From: Candidatus Dadabacteria bacterium | Lineage (GTDB): Bacteria; Desulfobacterota_D; UBA1144; Nemesobacterales; CSP1-2 | Assembly: GCA_963805855.1 (NCBI GenBank) | Contig: CAWDVW010000005.1 | Coordinates: 800,001-864,000 of the forward strand | Reading direction: 5' to 3' | Length of the DNA stretch: 64,000 nucleotides | In this document: positions 21,878 to 30,511 of the stretch, piece after piece | Layout of the letters: each line of letters begins with the position of its first letter | Position numbering within the stretch: the first letter of the stretch is position 1 | The notes under the pieces: generated by a model | What the model was told of the DNA's origin: nothing | Database searches by the model: none | Seen by the model: the letters and a program-made list of their open reading frames with translations, nothing else | Made by a program: the position numbers and the translations under genes

Positions 21878-21904
21878 CTTTATTCTCAGCAAACTTATTT
21901 CGTA

Positions 21905-21996
21905 AATTTCTAGAGGGAATGCTCCCGGGTTTAGAAACATTCCCACTTTAAAGGAGGATAAAGGATGAAATGCGTTAAGTTGAAGGGCTAAGTGTA
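21905..21996 (-). ncRNA. Candidate sRNA copy 2 with UCCUCC motif
   Basis: Consensus TTGACA-17-TATAAT (22031-22003), ATCCTTTATCCTCCTTT, GGGAATG/CATTCCC hairpin. Confidence 0.6.
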
Positions 21997-22210
21997 ATAT
22001 CGATTATAAAGTAAGTTACTTAATGTGTCAAGAGGAAAAGTTCTTTCTCTTCTAATACCCCTAACTCGTTACAAAAAAGCTAATTTCTTCTTGAAAGTTG
22101 AACCCGCCATGATATACTGACCAAATCAACATATAAAAATTAAACCCTGCATCGAAAAACTATTAACAATCCTCATGTCGGTTTGAAACATACTCCAAAA
22201 TAGTAACCTT

Positions 22211-22282
22211 GGCGGCGTAGCTCAGAGGTAGAGCAGGGCTCTCATAAGGCCTTTGTCGGAGGTTCGATTCCTCCCGCCGCCA
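22211..22282 (+). tRNA. tRNA(CAT), probably elongator Met (Ile2 not excluded); CCA not encoded
   Basis: GGCGGCG/CGCCGCC acceptor stem, CTCATAA loop, GTTCGATTC. Confidence 0.9.
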
Positions 22283-22325
22283 GTAATGATTTATCAATAC
22301 ATAAAGCTAGTTATATAGAAGTAGT

Positions 22326-23369
22326 TTAGAAATGAGTCTTGGGCATAACTAGCGAGGTGTCCGAGGAGGTGTCTATATCCGCTAATTCGACAGCCCTTTT
22401 CTTATGTTCTGGCGTCGGGTGAGAATACCGCTTTGTCATAGCTATTGTTTTATGTCCTAGCAACTCTTGAACCGTTACTATATCAACTCCAGCCATTATC
22501 CCTCTTGTAGCAAAGGTATGCCTCAAAGTATGGAATGTACAATGCGCGATTCCGGAACGCTTTAGAGCAGTTCCAAATGATCTATAAATATATTCTATTG
22601 GCTTTCCGTCCCTATAGGAGAATAGATATTCATCATCAGTATTATTTTTTAAGTCCACAAGAATCCTTGTTAGACGCTGGCTCATGGGAATAGCTCTTGA
22701 TTCATAGTTTTTACTATCCCTTACAATGATGTATCCATTCTCAAAGTCTATATCTTCCCACTTTAAGTTAAGAATCTCGCCTTTACGCATCCCCGTGGAT
22801 CTTGCTACAAAAAGTATCGGTTTCAGGTGAAGGGAAGCCGAATTATAAAGGAGTTGAAATTCTTCATCGCTAAGCACTCTAGGTTTCTCTAAAGGCGTCT
22901 TAAAAAACTTTACCCCCTTTACTGGGTTTTGATCTATTTTCCCCCAATGGATAGCCAGGTTAAATATCCTTTTGAAAACCGTCATCTCTCTATTTATTGT
23001 AGATAGAGCTTTACCTTCCTCTTTTCTAAAAGACTTATATTTCTCAACATGCCATGAAGTAATACTGCCAAGTGGCATTTTACCGAAATGTCTATTCAAT
23101 ACTTTACTTATGGTTATATCCCTCTTGTAGGAGCGATGATTGTCCTTTGCATAGTTTAAATATTCCTCCACGATCCGGCTAAATAGAATCGGCTTCATTA
23201 CTTTTTCTAACCCGAACTTACCTTGGACTATTTCCCCCACTCTTGCTTTTAGCGCTTTTTCTGCCGTTGATCTTGTTATCTTATCTATATGCCCTACGAC
23301 TTCTCTTTTACGTTTTCCATTATAGTAATAATCGATATACCAACGATTACCTTTAATATATACTCCCAT
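22326..23369 (-). CDS. int: Phage-type tyrosine integrase
   Basis: GMRKGE, K(NY), HTLRH, LGH, RYSH catalytic set; N-terminal arm-binding domain. Confidence 0.95.
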   Translation of the reverse strand: MGVYIKGNRWYIDYYYNGKRKREVVGHIDKITRSTAEKALKARVGEIVQGKFGLEKVMKPILFSRIVEEYLNYAKDNHRSYKRDITISKVLNRHFGKMPLGSITSWHVEKYKSFRKEEGKALSTINREMTVFKRIFNLAIHWGKIDQNPVKGVKFFKTPLEKPRVLSDEEFQLLYNSASLHLKPILFVARSTGMRKGEILNLKWEDIDFENGYIIVRDSKNYESRAIPMSQRLTRILVDLKNNTDDEYLFSYRDGKPIEYIYRSFGTALKRSGIAHCTFHTLRHTFATRGIMAGVDIVTVQELLGHKTIAMTKRYSHPTPEHKKRAVELADIDTSSDTSLVMPKTHF

Positions 23370-23578
23370 TACTTAGACCTCCTACTTTTTATTTTTTGTA
23401 TTGGCAAAGAAGGCTCTTTAATTTCGTGGCCTTCTTGTTTCATTAATTCGTGGATTAAAGCCCTGATTACCTCGGATGCCGTTAACATGCTATCTTCAGC
23501 ATATTTATTCAGAAATTCCAACTCCTTTTCATGTAGCCAAACCCTAAATAATTTGGTTCTTAATCTCTTCTGTCTCAT
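23369..23578 (-). CDS. Ribbon-helix-helix DNA-binding protein (possible Xis/regulator)
   Basis: FRVWL..KE.E.L..YA......SEVIRALI; TAATG overlap with int. Confidence 0.7.
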   Translation of the reverse strand: MRQKRLRTKLFRVWLHEKELEFLNKYAEDSMLTASEVIRALIHELMKQEGHEIKEPSLPIQKIKSRRSK

Positions 23579-23586
23579 GTAACGAT

Positions 23587-23615
23587 ATTATAGCTACATA
23601 TCTTATGGTAGTCAA
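23587..23615 (-). promoter_or_regulatory. Sigma-70 promoter for RHH-int operon
   Basis: TTGACT-17-TATAAT ending 8 nt before the ATG. Confidence 0.7.
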
Positions 23616-23735
23616 GTGTTGTTTTGAACCTTTCAACTAATAAGGGAATATACTTTATTGTGAGATGTAAACAATCTGAAAGAACGGCGATGTAATGTCT
23701 TTTCAAACTTCAAACAGTTAAACAAAAATGATATA

Positions 23736-24212
23736 ATGTACACCATGAAAGAAATAGCTAAAACCGATATAAAACTGTCAGATTTTCCACCTAAATTGAG
23801 GAAAATTATCGATTATATAGTAGAAAATAAGGATTTTTATGACTTGGATGAAGCTATCAGTCAACTTGGCTTGAATCCTCATTCTATATCTACTATGAAA
23901 AGCAGGTTGAAGAAAAAGGGAATAGTTTTAGAAGATTATATCTACAATAAGAGAAATGAGAGGATAAAAAAGTATGTCCCTTACGTTGATAATAGTTTGG
24001 TAAATAGGGCTATCTCAGGATCGGCTAAGCACCAGGAATTATTTTATAAGAGAACCGGTGAACTGGTAAACAAACATGAAATAGACTACAGGGTAACTGG
24101 CCTATTCGCAGTATTTAGTCCTGGCACTAAAATGCCAGCGAAATTGATAGAAGAGGATAAGGTCCTTAAACCTAATGGAGTGCAGATTATAGATGCAGAG
24201 ATTGAGGATTGA
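23736..24212 (+). CDS. HTH protein, terminase small subunit-like
   Basis: N-terminal HTH, 'L.NRA.SG.AKH.ELFY..TG' segment and acidic tail (IDAEIED) recall TerS proteins. Confidence 0.5.
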   Translation: MYTMKEIAKTDIKLSDFPPKLRKIIDYIVENKDFYDLDEAISQLGLNPHSISTMKSRLKKKGIVLEDYIYNKRNERIKKYVPYVDNSLVNRAISGSAKHQELFYKRTGELVNKHEIDYRVTGLFAVFSPGTKMPAKLIEEDKVLKPNGVQIIDAEIED

Positions 24213-24239
24213 GGCCACTATATCTAGTAATTCAATCCA

Positions 24240-24268
24240 GGTTCGTATAAGAATCAATTATGTAAACT
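24240..24268 (+). other. dif-like XerC/XerD site
   Basis: GGTTCGTATAA-gaatcaa-TTATGTAAACT versus E. coli dif GGTGCGCATAA-N6-TTATGTTAAAT. Confidence 0.7.
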
Positions 24269-24753
24269 TTCCCCTCCCCTAACTTGCCTTAATTCCTACT
24301 AAATAAAAGTGGCATAAAATACCCTCAATATAATCATTGGTTCTAATGTATATTAATACGTTCTTATAGGATCAATACACCCTAGAATGGGTATTTATTA
24401 GCTGTAAAGGTATGTTCTTTTGATGATCTATGCCTTAAATAAACATAACTGACTATTATCTCTTTCCCTTCCAGAATCCTTAAACCCCAATATGTTGTGT
24501 TATATATCCCCAAATGCACATCACCTTATGACTCTATGCTATGATGCAACCACCATTTAAATTAAGGATTGAAGTAAAATTGTAGAGGATTTTTAATTGA
24601 AATGAATGATAAAGTGTTCCGGAAAATGAAGGGCGGGGGAGGGTATGAGAAGAAGCCACCGGAGTCTATGCGCCCATCCCCCTGGGGGTTGCCACCCCCT
24701 CCCCCCTCCCGTATACGCTATACCCCACCTCTTGATTAGGGCAAAAAAATTCT

Positions 24754-24874
24754 CGGGGTAAGGTTATGTATCAAATCAACGAGAAAACGCCTCTACGTCG
24801 GTTACAGCGGCGTTAAAATGGCTAAATTGCACATGCCAATACTTCACCTGGCGAACAATGTGAGATAGGTTTTT
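24754..24874. repeat. Island repeat, copy 2
   Basis: gagaaaacgcc...ggctaaattgcacatgccaatacTTCACCTG-N8-TGTGAGATA. Confidence 0.8.
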
Positions 24875-25387
24875 CATCACCGATTGTTAACGTTTTAGTC
24901 CGGATTAGTCACAGTATTCTAACTCTGCAAAATTTTACCTCCTTTCTTGTCTTGACCTCGTACGTGATGCTAATTGAAATATGCTTAATTCAGATATTTG
25001 CACGACAATTTGTTTGCCACAAAAAACACACCCAACATTCCTATTGACTCATAAGATTTAACTGTGATATAGTCTAGTTTCCGAAACGGGTATGCAGTAA
25101 TCATATAATCTAGTGGAGATGGGGGTAAAGTGATGATGTGGCAATTACTTGTGGTTACATTTCAGTGGATAGACCCTTCTAGTTTTATACCAATTCCAAG
25201 TCGTATCAACAAGCCCCACAAAAATATTAGGAAAGTTTTGTTCAAAACCAATCCTGTTAATACCTGTAGCACTTGGGGGGTGATTCCAATCGACAATGTT
25301 AGCCCCTAAGTTTGGTGACAACCAAACCGACGGGGATTACGAAGTCAGATGTAAAACTATGTAAAAAAATGATAGGAGGTGTATACC

Positions 25388-25804
25388 ATGAATCAATTTC
25401 CAAAGTGGCTTTTACATCGTGTGTTCTTTCCGTTGACCCTAGTGATGTTAACTAATTTGGGTGCTATATCAGGCGAACTACATGCATCTGTTGTCAACTT
25501 CGAACCAGGAGCCGTTCCAAGGGATAGAACGGCTGAATGTATGGTCACGAATGTAGGGAGCTCGACCAGGGAGGTCGGAGTACAAATCACCTCACTGCCC
25601 GAGACAATGGTACCTTTACTTACTGTAACGTTAGAACCGGGAGAAATAAGCGGTCTAGTAGTTGATATTTCCCCAGCATTTTCAGTTCTAGCTTATTGCA
25701 GCTTTTATTTTTCGGGTTCCAATTCTGATATGCGAGGCATAATTAGAGCGGTGGATCGATCAACCGGAGAGGCCATTGTTTTAGAACGTGCAGAGGCGCG
25801 GTGA
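25388..25804 (+). CDS. Secreted hypothetical protein (small beta-rich domain, 2 Cys)
   Basis: AGGAGG RBS, signal-peptide-like N-terminus, downstream terminator. Confidence 0.7.
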   Translation: MNQFPKWLLHRVFFPLTLVMLTNLGAISGELHASVVNFEPGAVPRDRTAECMVTNVGSSTREVGVQITSLPETMVPLLTVTLEPGEISGLVVDISPAFSVLAYCSFYFSGSNSDMRGIIRAVDRSTGEAIVLERAEAR

Positions 25805-25814
25805 TGAGATTTTG

Positions 25815-25838
25815 AAAGGGGGCCTCGGCCCCCTTTTT
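25815..25838 (+). terminator. Intrinsic terminator
   Basis: aaagggggcc-tc-ggcccccttttt. Confidence 0.85.
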
Positions 25839-26091
25839 GTTCGGTCTGATTATTAATTAAGGCAACTTAAAGAAGTCATTATAAAAGAGGAATGTACTGC
25901 TCCCCTTTTGTCAAGATGGGTTTAAGTTGGAAACATAAAGAATAAATGCTTTCAATAATCCATTTCCGAACTCATCTCGACCATTGACTATTACTTTCGA
26001 AATATTGTATTGTACTTGCGATGACGACGAGTGTAATTCATCCCTCTAGTCTCACCAAGTAAGTGTTGTTACATTTTCAAGGAGGAGAAAA

Positions 26092-26658
26092 ATGGGCTAC
26101 GGCAGAATACTTGCAAGCCTCACATTGACCGGGATTTTACTTGTTTTTTGCAGCCAGGCTGTCCTGGCTGGTCAGCAAGTCTTTGCAGCACGAGTGTGCG
26201 CAGGAGACGATACGGTCTTAGAGCCTTGCGACACCGGCGTGGATGTGAGCTCGGATTTCCTGGTAACAGGTTGGGACCAAGCTGAAGTGTATGCCTCGTC
26301 CGGAAAGCGGATCGTTCCGGAATCAGACGGAATTCGCATCAACAAGACGGGATTTTATCGGGTTGTGTTTGAGACCACGGTGTTATATAGCGCGAACGCC
26401 GTGGAACAGACTCCAGACACAGCGGGTAACCTTTATTTGCGCGACAGTGATGACCAATTCCTTGGTTCTTGCAGCACGGCCCCAGCGAAAGCGGCATCGC
26501 TGTTGGAGTGGGCCCAGGGATTCTTCGTAACAGAGTGCATCTGGTCAGGAACGCTTAAATTCGAGAAAGGTGATGTATTCAAGCTGTACTTTGTCTTGGG
26601 CAGTGAGCCCGGAGCGCCAAGCTCCGTTCAGGTTCGCCTCGATGTTAGTCGCTTGTAA
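26092..26658 (+). CDS. Secreted protein, C1q/TNF-like beta-sandwich possible
   Basis: Signal peptide; 'GIRINKTGFYRVVF...LKFEKGDVF.LY' pattern. Confidence 0.65.
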   Translation: MGYGRILASLTLTGILLVFCSQAVLAGQQVFAARVCAGDDTVLEPCDTGVDVSSDFLVTGWDQAEVYASSGKRIVPESDGIRINKTGFYRVVFETTVLYSANAVEQTPDTAGNLYLRDSDDQFLGSCSTAPAKAASLLEWAQGFFVTECIWSGTLKFEKGDVFKLYFVLGSEPGAPSSVQVRLDVSRL

Positions 26659-26749
26659 GCAGCGCAATTAGTGAATACGAACCGGGAGGACACTCCTCCC
26701 TCCGGCTCTTGCTCATAAAGCCCGCTGGCACGCTAACGAAAGTTTTCTA

Positions 26750-26888
26750 TATCTCACAGCCTCTGACAGGTGAAATCATGGTTGTTAAAGATTTCTCCAG
26801 GGAGAAAACACCTCCACGCCCTTCACAGCAGCGTAAAAACGGCTAAATTGCACATGCCAATACTTCACCTGACAGTCAACGTCAGTTA
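26750..26888. repeat. Island repeat, copy 3 (most complete, with terminal inverted boxes)
   Basis: TATCTCACA-N8-CAGGTGAA ... TTCACCTG. Confidence 0.8.
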
Positions 26889-27042
26889 ATAATTGGATGA
26901 CTCACCAAACAGAAAAGCCTTTCTTAATCTTCTATACCAAAATCGAGGGTTATTCATATTAGATATAAATAATTTAAAACTTCTCTTGACAAGCGTACCC
27001 GCAGCCTGTATTAGACTTATATAGGGAATAAACATAAATAAT

Positions 27043-27128
27043 AGTTCTAAACGATGAGGGCTACCCCGTTAGGGGACGCAAAGCCGTAGGTCTTAAGCAT
27101 TTGCTTAAGGTAGCTTGGTTGCCGAACT
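27043..27128 (+). ncRNA. c-di-GMP-I (GEMM) riboswitch
   Basis: GGGC..CCCC-GTTA-GGGG-ACGCAAAGCC..GGTCTTAAG..GGTAGC..GTTGCCG; P1 AGTT..CG/CGAACT. Confidence 0.85.
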
Positions 27129-27319
27129 TAGAGCTATTGCCTTTCTTAGTTCTTCCTTCCCAATCAGCTCCCGGCTTTTCTTTCAATTAACAGCCCTTAT
27201 CAATTGGAAATGCGATTGGGGAGGTAATGCCTATTGAAAACTAAACGATTTAGGAGTGATAAGATCCGTAAGTGTGACTTGCCGAATTTTTCTTAATTTA
27301 ACAATGGGGGTATGGTTAC

Positions 27320-28270
27320 ATGTTAAATAAAAATTTAAAGTTTATTTTGATATTAGTCGCCAGTCTGGTTTTCCCGATTAAAGGTTGGGGAGGTGCTGTC
27401 CCTGCGTTTTTTAATGCTAAGACAGATGACGCCTCTTTCCAGCTTTATTATGTCTGGGACTTAAGGAATAGGGATAGTTATTTTCAGGTTTTTAATACTA
27501 GTGAGCTTCAGTCCGTTACAGTACATATCCAAGTATTTGATGCGACAGATGGGACCGAATCCAGTTGTGAAATTCGCGATTACTATGACACGTATACACC
27601 CAGGGACACTCATGTCTACAACCTTCGTAATTTAGATAGAAATAATGGGCACTTCTTGTTTCCCCCTTTTCCCGCGGACGGGTTCGGTTTTGTTGTGGTA
27701 ACTGTTGTTACAGGTGAGGAAGGCGTCGCTGTTCAGAATCCGGTCCTGATAGGTAACTTCAGGATAATAGATAATGCTGGCTATGAGTACAGATCAAATG
27801 CGGCAGGCTATCCTAATACCCTAGGCGAGGTGGCGCTACCTCCCCCAATTAGCACATATTCGTTCAACTTTAACAATGCTGATGGTAAGACATTTGCAGA
27901 TGTAGTTGGTATTGCAGTTTTTCATGCCGGTCCTGGTCCTGGGTTCAATCGTGTCATTGCAAATCCGACATATCGTGCGAATTTTGATGAAGTAACCATC
28001 ACTGATGAGAATGAAGACGCTGATATTTGTCCACCAGTTACATTTGCATGCGGGGCAGGGGCAGACTTTGATCTAGGTATTGACACTGCTGTCAAGAACA
28101 GCAAGGGTGTGAGCGTTATTTGCCCTGAGTCCCATATAGAAGATGTAGGTTTTGTTAAGCTCGAAGAAACCGAATCTAGTTCAACAACGGCAGACTTCTT
28201 TGTTGGATTTATAGGGCTTAACAACGGAGGTCGCACCGGAAGCATGGATTCTTTCACCGCGGTGCCGTAA
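27320..28270 (+). CDS. Secreted hypothetical protein
   Basis: Signal peptide; WDLRNRDSYFQVFNT...C...DTYTPRDTHVYNL. Confidence 0.8.
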   Translation: MLNKNLKFILILVASLVFPIKGWGGAVPAFFNAKTDDASFQLYYVWDLRNRDSYFQVFNTSELQSVTVHIQVFDATDGTESSCEIRDYYDTYTPRDTHVYNLRNLDRNNGHFLFPPFPADGFGFVVVTVVTGEEGVAVQNPVLIGNFRIIDNAGYEYRSNAAGYPNTLGEVALPPPISTYSFNFNNADGKTFADVVGIAVFHAGPGPGFNRVIANPTYRANFDEVTITDENEDADICPPVTFACGAGADFDLGIDTAVKNSKGVSVICPESHIEDVGFVKLEETESSSTTADFFVGFIGLNNGGRTGSMDSFTAVP

Positions 28271-28321
28271 AAATTGTTCAGAGTTTATGTTTCAGAAGAT
28301 TTAAGAAGAGGAGAAATAACC

Positions 28322-29341
28322 ATGTTAAAAAATTCGAAAATAAAATCAATCGCTTTTGCGAGTATACTGGTTTTAATTATTGGATTTAGCCATTCTTATG
28401 AGGCCCGAGCACTGGAGCTATGTCCTGTTGGTTCGTTTGCGAATGGGGCAATAACTATTAACGTAGCGCCCGGCGTCTCTGATGTTGATTTTGTGGGTGG
28501 GCTTTTAGGCACGTTTGAAAGCAGTGGTAAAGGAAAGGTAGTTGGGGGTATTGATTGGCTATACAACAAAGATAATGAAAGTAGTTTTGAGACTTCTTCA
28601 ACTGCACCGCAACTTATTGGATATTGGAATCAAGATAAGAGGAGGAACACTTTTATTCAGGTTACAAATACCAATCAAGGCAGCCCCGTTTCACTTTCTA
28701 TAGAACTTTTGGATGAGAACTGCTTAGATCCCTTAAGTTTTTGTGATACGCTTTCGCCCGGAGACACACATGTCTATAACTTAGGGGGAATTAAGGTAAA
28801 AGAATTCAAAGAACCTATAATGATCACCAATGACGGAAGCGTTCTTGTAGATAATATTCAAGGGCATGAGGGGATTTTTGTGGTGACTCCGATTATTGAA
28901 TGTGGTGTAGACAGAAGGGCAATTGAGTTTCCGTTTTTGCATGGTGATATTCGAGTAATAGATGACAAAAATAAATTTGACTACGGAGCCAAAATGTGGG
29001 CGAGGGGCGCCAATACCTCTGGTTGCGAAGACCAAACCGGGGGGTTTAACATTTTAGATGGAACGGAATATTGTAAATTTCGAGACGTCCTGCCATCCAA
29101 ACTGAGTCAGGTCTTTTCGACTATTTCAAACCCGGTAAATGCTAGGTCTGATATAATTTTATTTGCCCTGACCGATTCATATTCGGACGATATTTACACC
29201 CCTTCTTCAAATTCATCATTTGTAACTTTTAACCCAGCTATTCTTGATGAGGACGAGCTTTCTTTGAGCTGTCTTGGAGAGACTGTGTGTTTTGCGAGAT
29301 TTGGATTAAATGAGACGATCCCAATAAGTAAGAAAAAGTAA
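28322..29341 (+). CDS. Secreted hypothetical protein, paralog of the upstream gene
   Basis: ATG after AGGAG; shares RNTFIQVTNT...C...DTLSPGDTHVYNL and G.IR.ID motifs. Confidence 0.8.
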   Translation: MLKNSKIKSIAFASILVLIIGFSHSYEARALELCPVGSFANGAITINVAPGVSDVDFVGGLLGTFESSGKGKVVGGIDWLYNKDNESSFETSSTAPQLIGYWNQDKRRNTFIQVTNTNQGSPVSLSIELLDENCLDPLSFCDTLSPGDTHVYNLGGIKVKEFKEPIMITNDGSVLVDNIQGHEGIFVVTPIIECGVDRRAIEFPFLHGDIRVIDDKNKFDYGAKMWARGANTSGCEDQTGGFNILDGTEYCKFRDVLPSKLSQVFSTISNPVNARSDIILFALTDSYSDDIYTPSSNSSFVTFNPAILDEDELSLSCLGETVCFARFGLNETIPISKKK

Positions 29342-29541
29342 GATAGTCAGAAGGAGTGGGAAGGTTAGTCCTAGACCCTATACTCAAATGCCTTGCTTCT
29401 TGAGTTCTAATTTTATATTTATTGGATTTCTTATACTGCTCCCCACTGACACCCTTCAATATTTACCAACAACTCATCTCAAATAGGCTGTATACTATTA
29501 TTAGAATGAAATTAGTATGTGCATGGTGTGAGAGAGTTATT

Positions 29542-29610
29542 GCAGCGTTAAAATGGGCTAATTTCCACCTACCAATACTTCACCTGACGGACAATGTGAG
29601 ATAGGTTTTG
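29542..29610. repeat. Island repeat, copy 4 (right half)
   Basis: gcagcgttaaaatggg...ccaatacTTCACCTG-N8-TGTGAGATAgg. Confidence 0.8.
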
Positions 29611-29714
29611 ATTCCCCTTTCGTTAAGATTGGGTTAAGTCGGGTTTAATACACATTAATGCTATTGACTTAAACAAGTGAATTATGATATAGTGGTATCC
29701 ATAACGTCACAGAC

Positions 29715-30068
29715 ATGAAAAAGAAAGTCGAGCGTAAATTCCTAACAGGTCTAAAATTAAAGCCCTTAAAGTTGGTTGCTGCAACTCCTGTCGAGCTCTT
29801 TGGACATGTTACTTTAGTTGAAGGGTACGACCTACCGAGCTATATCGGTTGCCATGCACTAGTGGCCCTGCGTGACACACCTGGAAAAACAGTTGCAGTA
29901 CTGACTTCAGAGCATCGGCTGCAGACTCTATTAGAATCAGCCCTCGTCAGCGGTAACCTGATAGCTTTTTGGGGACAGAAACTATCTAGTCCTCCAACTC
30001 CTGCTGGGGGTACATGGATAGTGGACGTATACAGTATTGACCGTGTGATACTTTACAACTTCGTGTAA
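29715..30068 (+). CDS. Hypothetical protein
   Basis: 117-aa ORF with TTGACT..GATAT promoter-like sequence upstream. Confidence 0.6.
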   Translation: MKKKVERKFLTGLKLKPLKLVAATPVELFGHVTLVEGYDLPSYIGCHALVALRDTPGKTVAVLTSEHRLQTLLESALVSGNLIAFWGQKLSSPPTPAGGTWIVDVYSIDRVILYNFV

Positions 30069-30195
30069 TTATCTTTTAAGTACTACAAAGCAGCAAGTGA
30101 GCAGTACTACTGCCGTCCTACCTATCAAAATTCCTCCTCATAGAGAAAATGCGTATCTAAAAGGTGGAATGCCTATTGGGATGGGAGCACAGAGT

Positions 30196-30331
30196 TGTAC
30201 TGCTCCCCTTTTATCAAGTTCGAGTTATGAAGAATGTAGTGTTTCCTCCGTTTCTCATCCGCCCGTTTCCGATTATGCCCACTAAGCCTATCTATTGCTT
30301 TACTCATGGTCTTACTATAGGGGATAGGCCA
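30196..30331. mobile_element. MITE-like remnant with IS3-type ends
   Basis: tgtactgctccccttttatcaag ... atggtcttactataggggataggcca; ends match other IS termini in the window. Confidence 0.55.
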
Positions 30332-30355
30332 TTTTTGGTTTTTCCATATTTTCCC

Positions 30356-30466
30356 ATTGACTAGAAATTACATTTATCTTAGTATTAAAAACAAGAGCGA
30401 TTTGCAGTATAACACCCCTCATGGGAAATCATACTACATTTTCTCACTGTAATTAATAAGTTATGT
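30356..30466 (+). promoter_or_regulatory. Pc-like promoter plus attI-like site (copy B)
   Basis: 30-bp identity with 16819-16848 (reverse complement); TTGACT-17-TAGTAT; GTTATGT core at 30460. Confidence 0.7.
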
Positions 30467-30511
30467 GGCGGAGAGCGCGTCGCAACAACCGGATGATGAG
30501 GATAAGGTTAC

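Noticed and set aside
22326-23369. Island integrase as an integron IntI
   Set aside because: Has an N-terminal arm-binding domain, lacks the IntI-specific insertion and sits at a tRNA att site
24754-29610. Island repeats as a CRISPR array
   Set aside because: Too long, kb-scale spacing, degenerate, no cas genes
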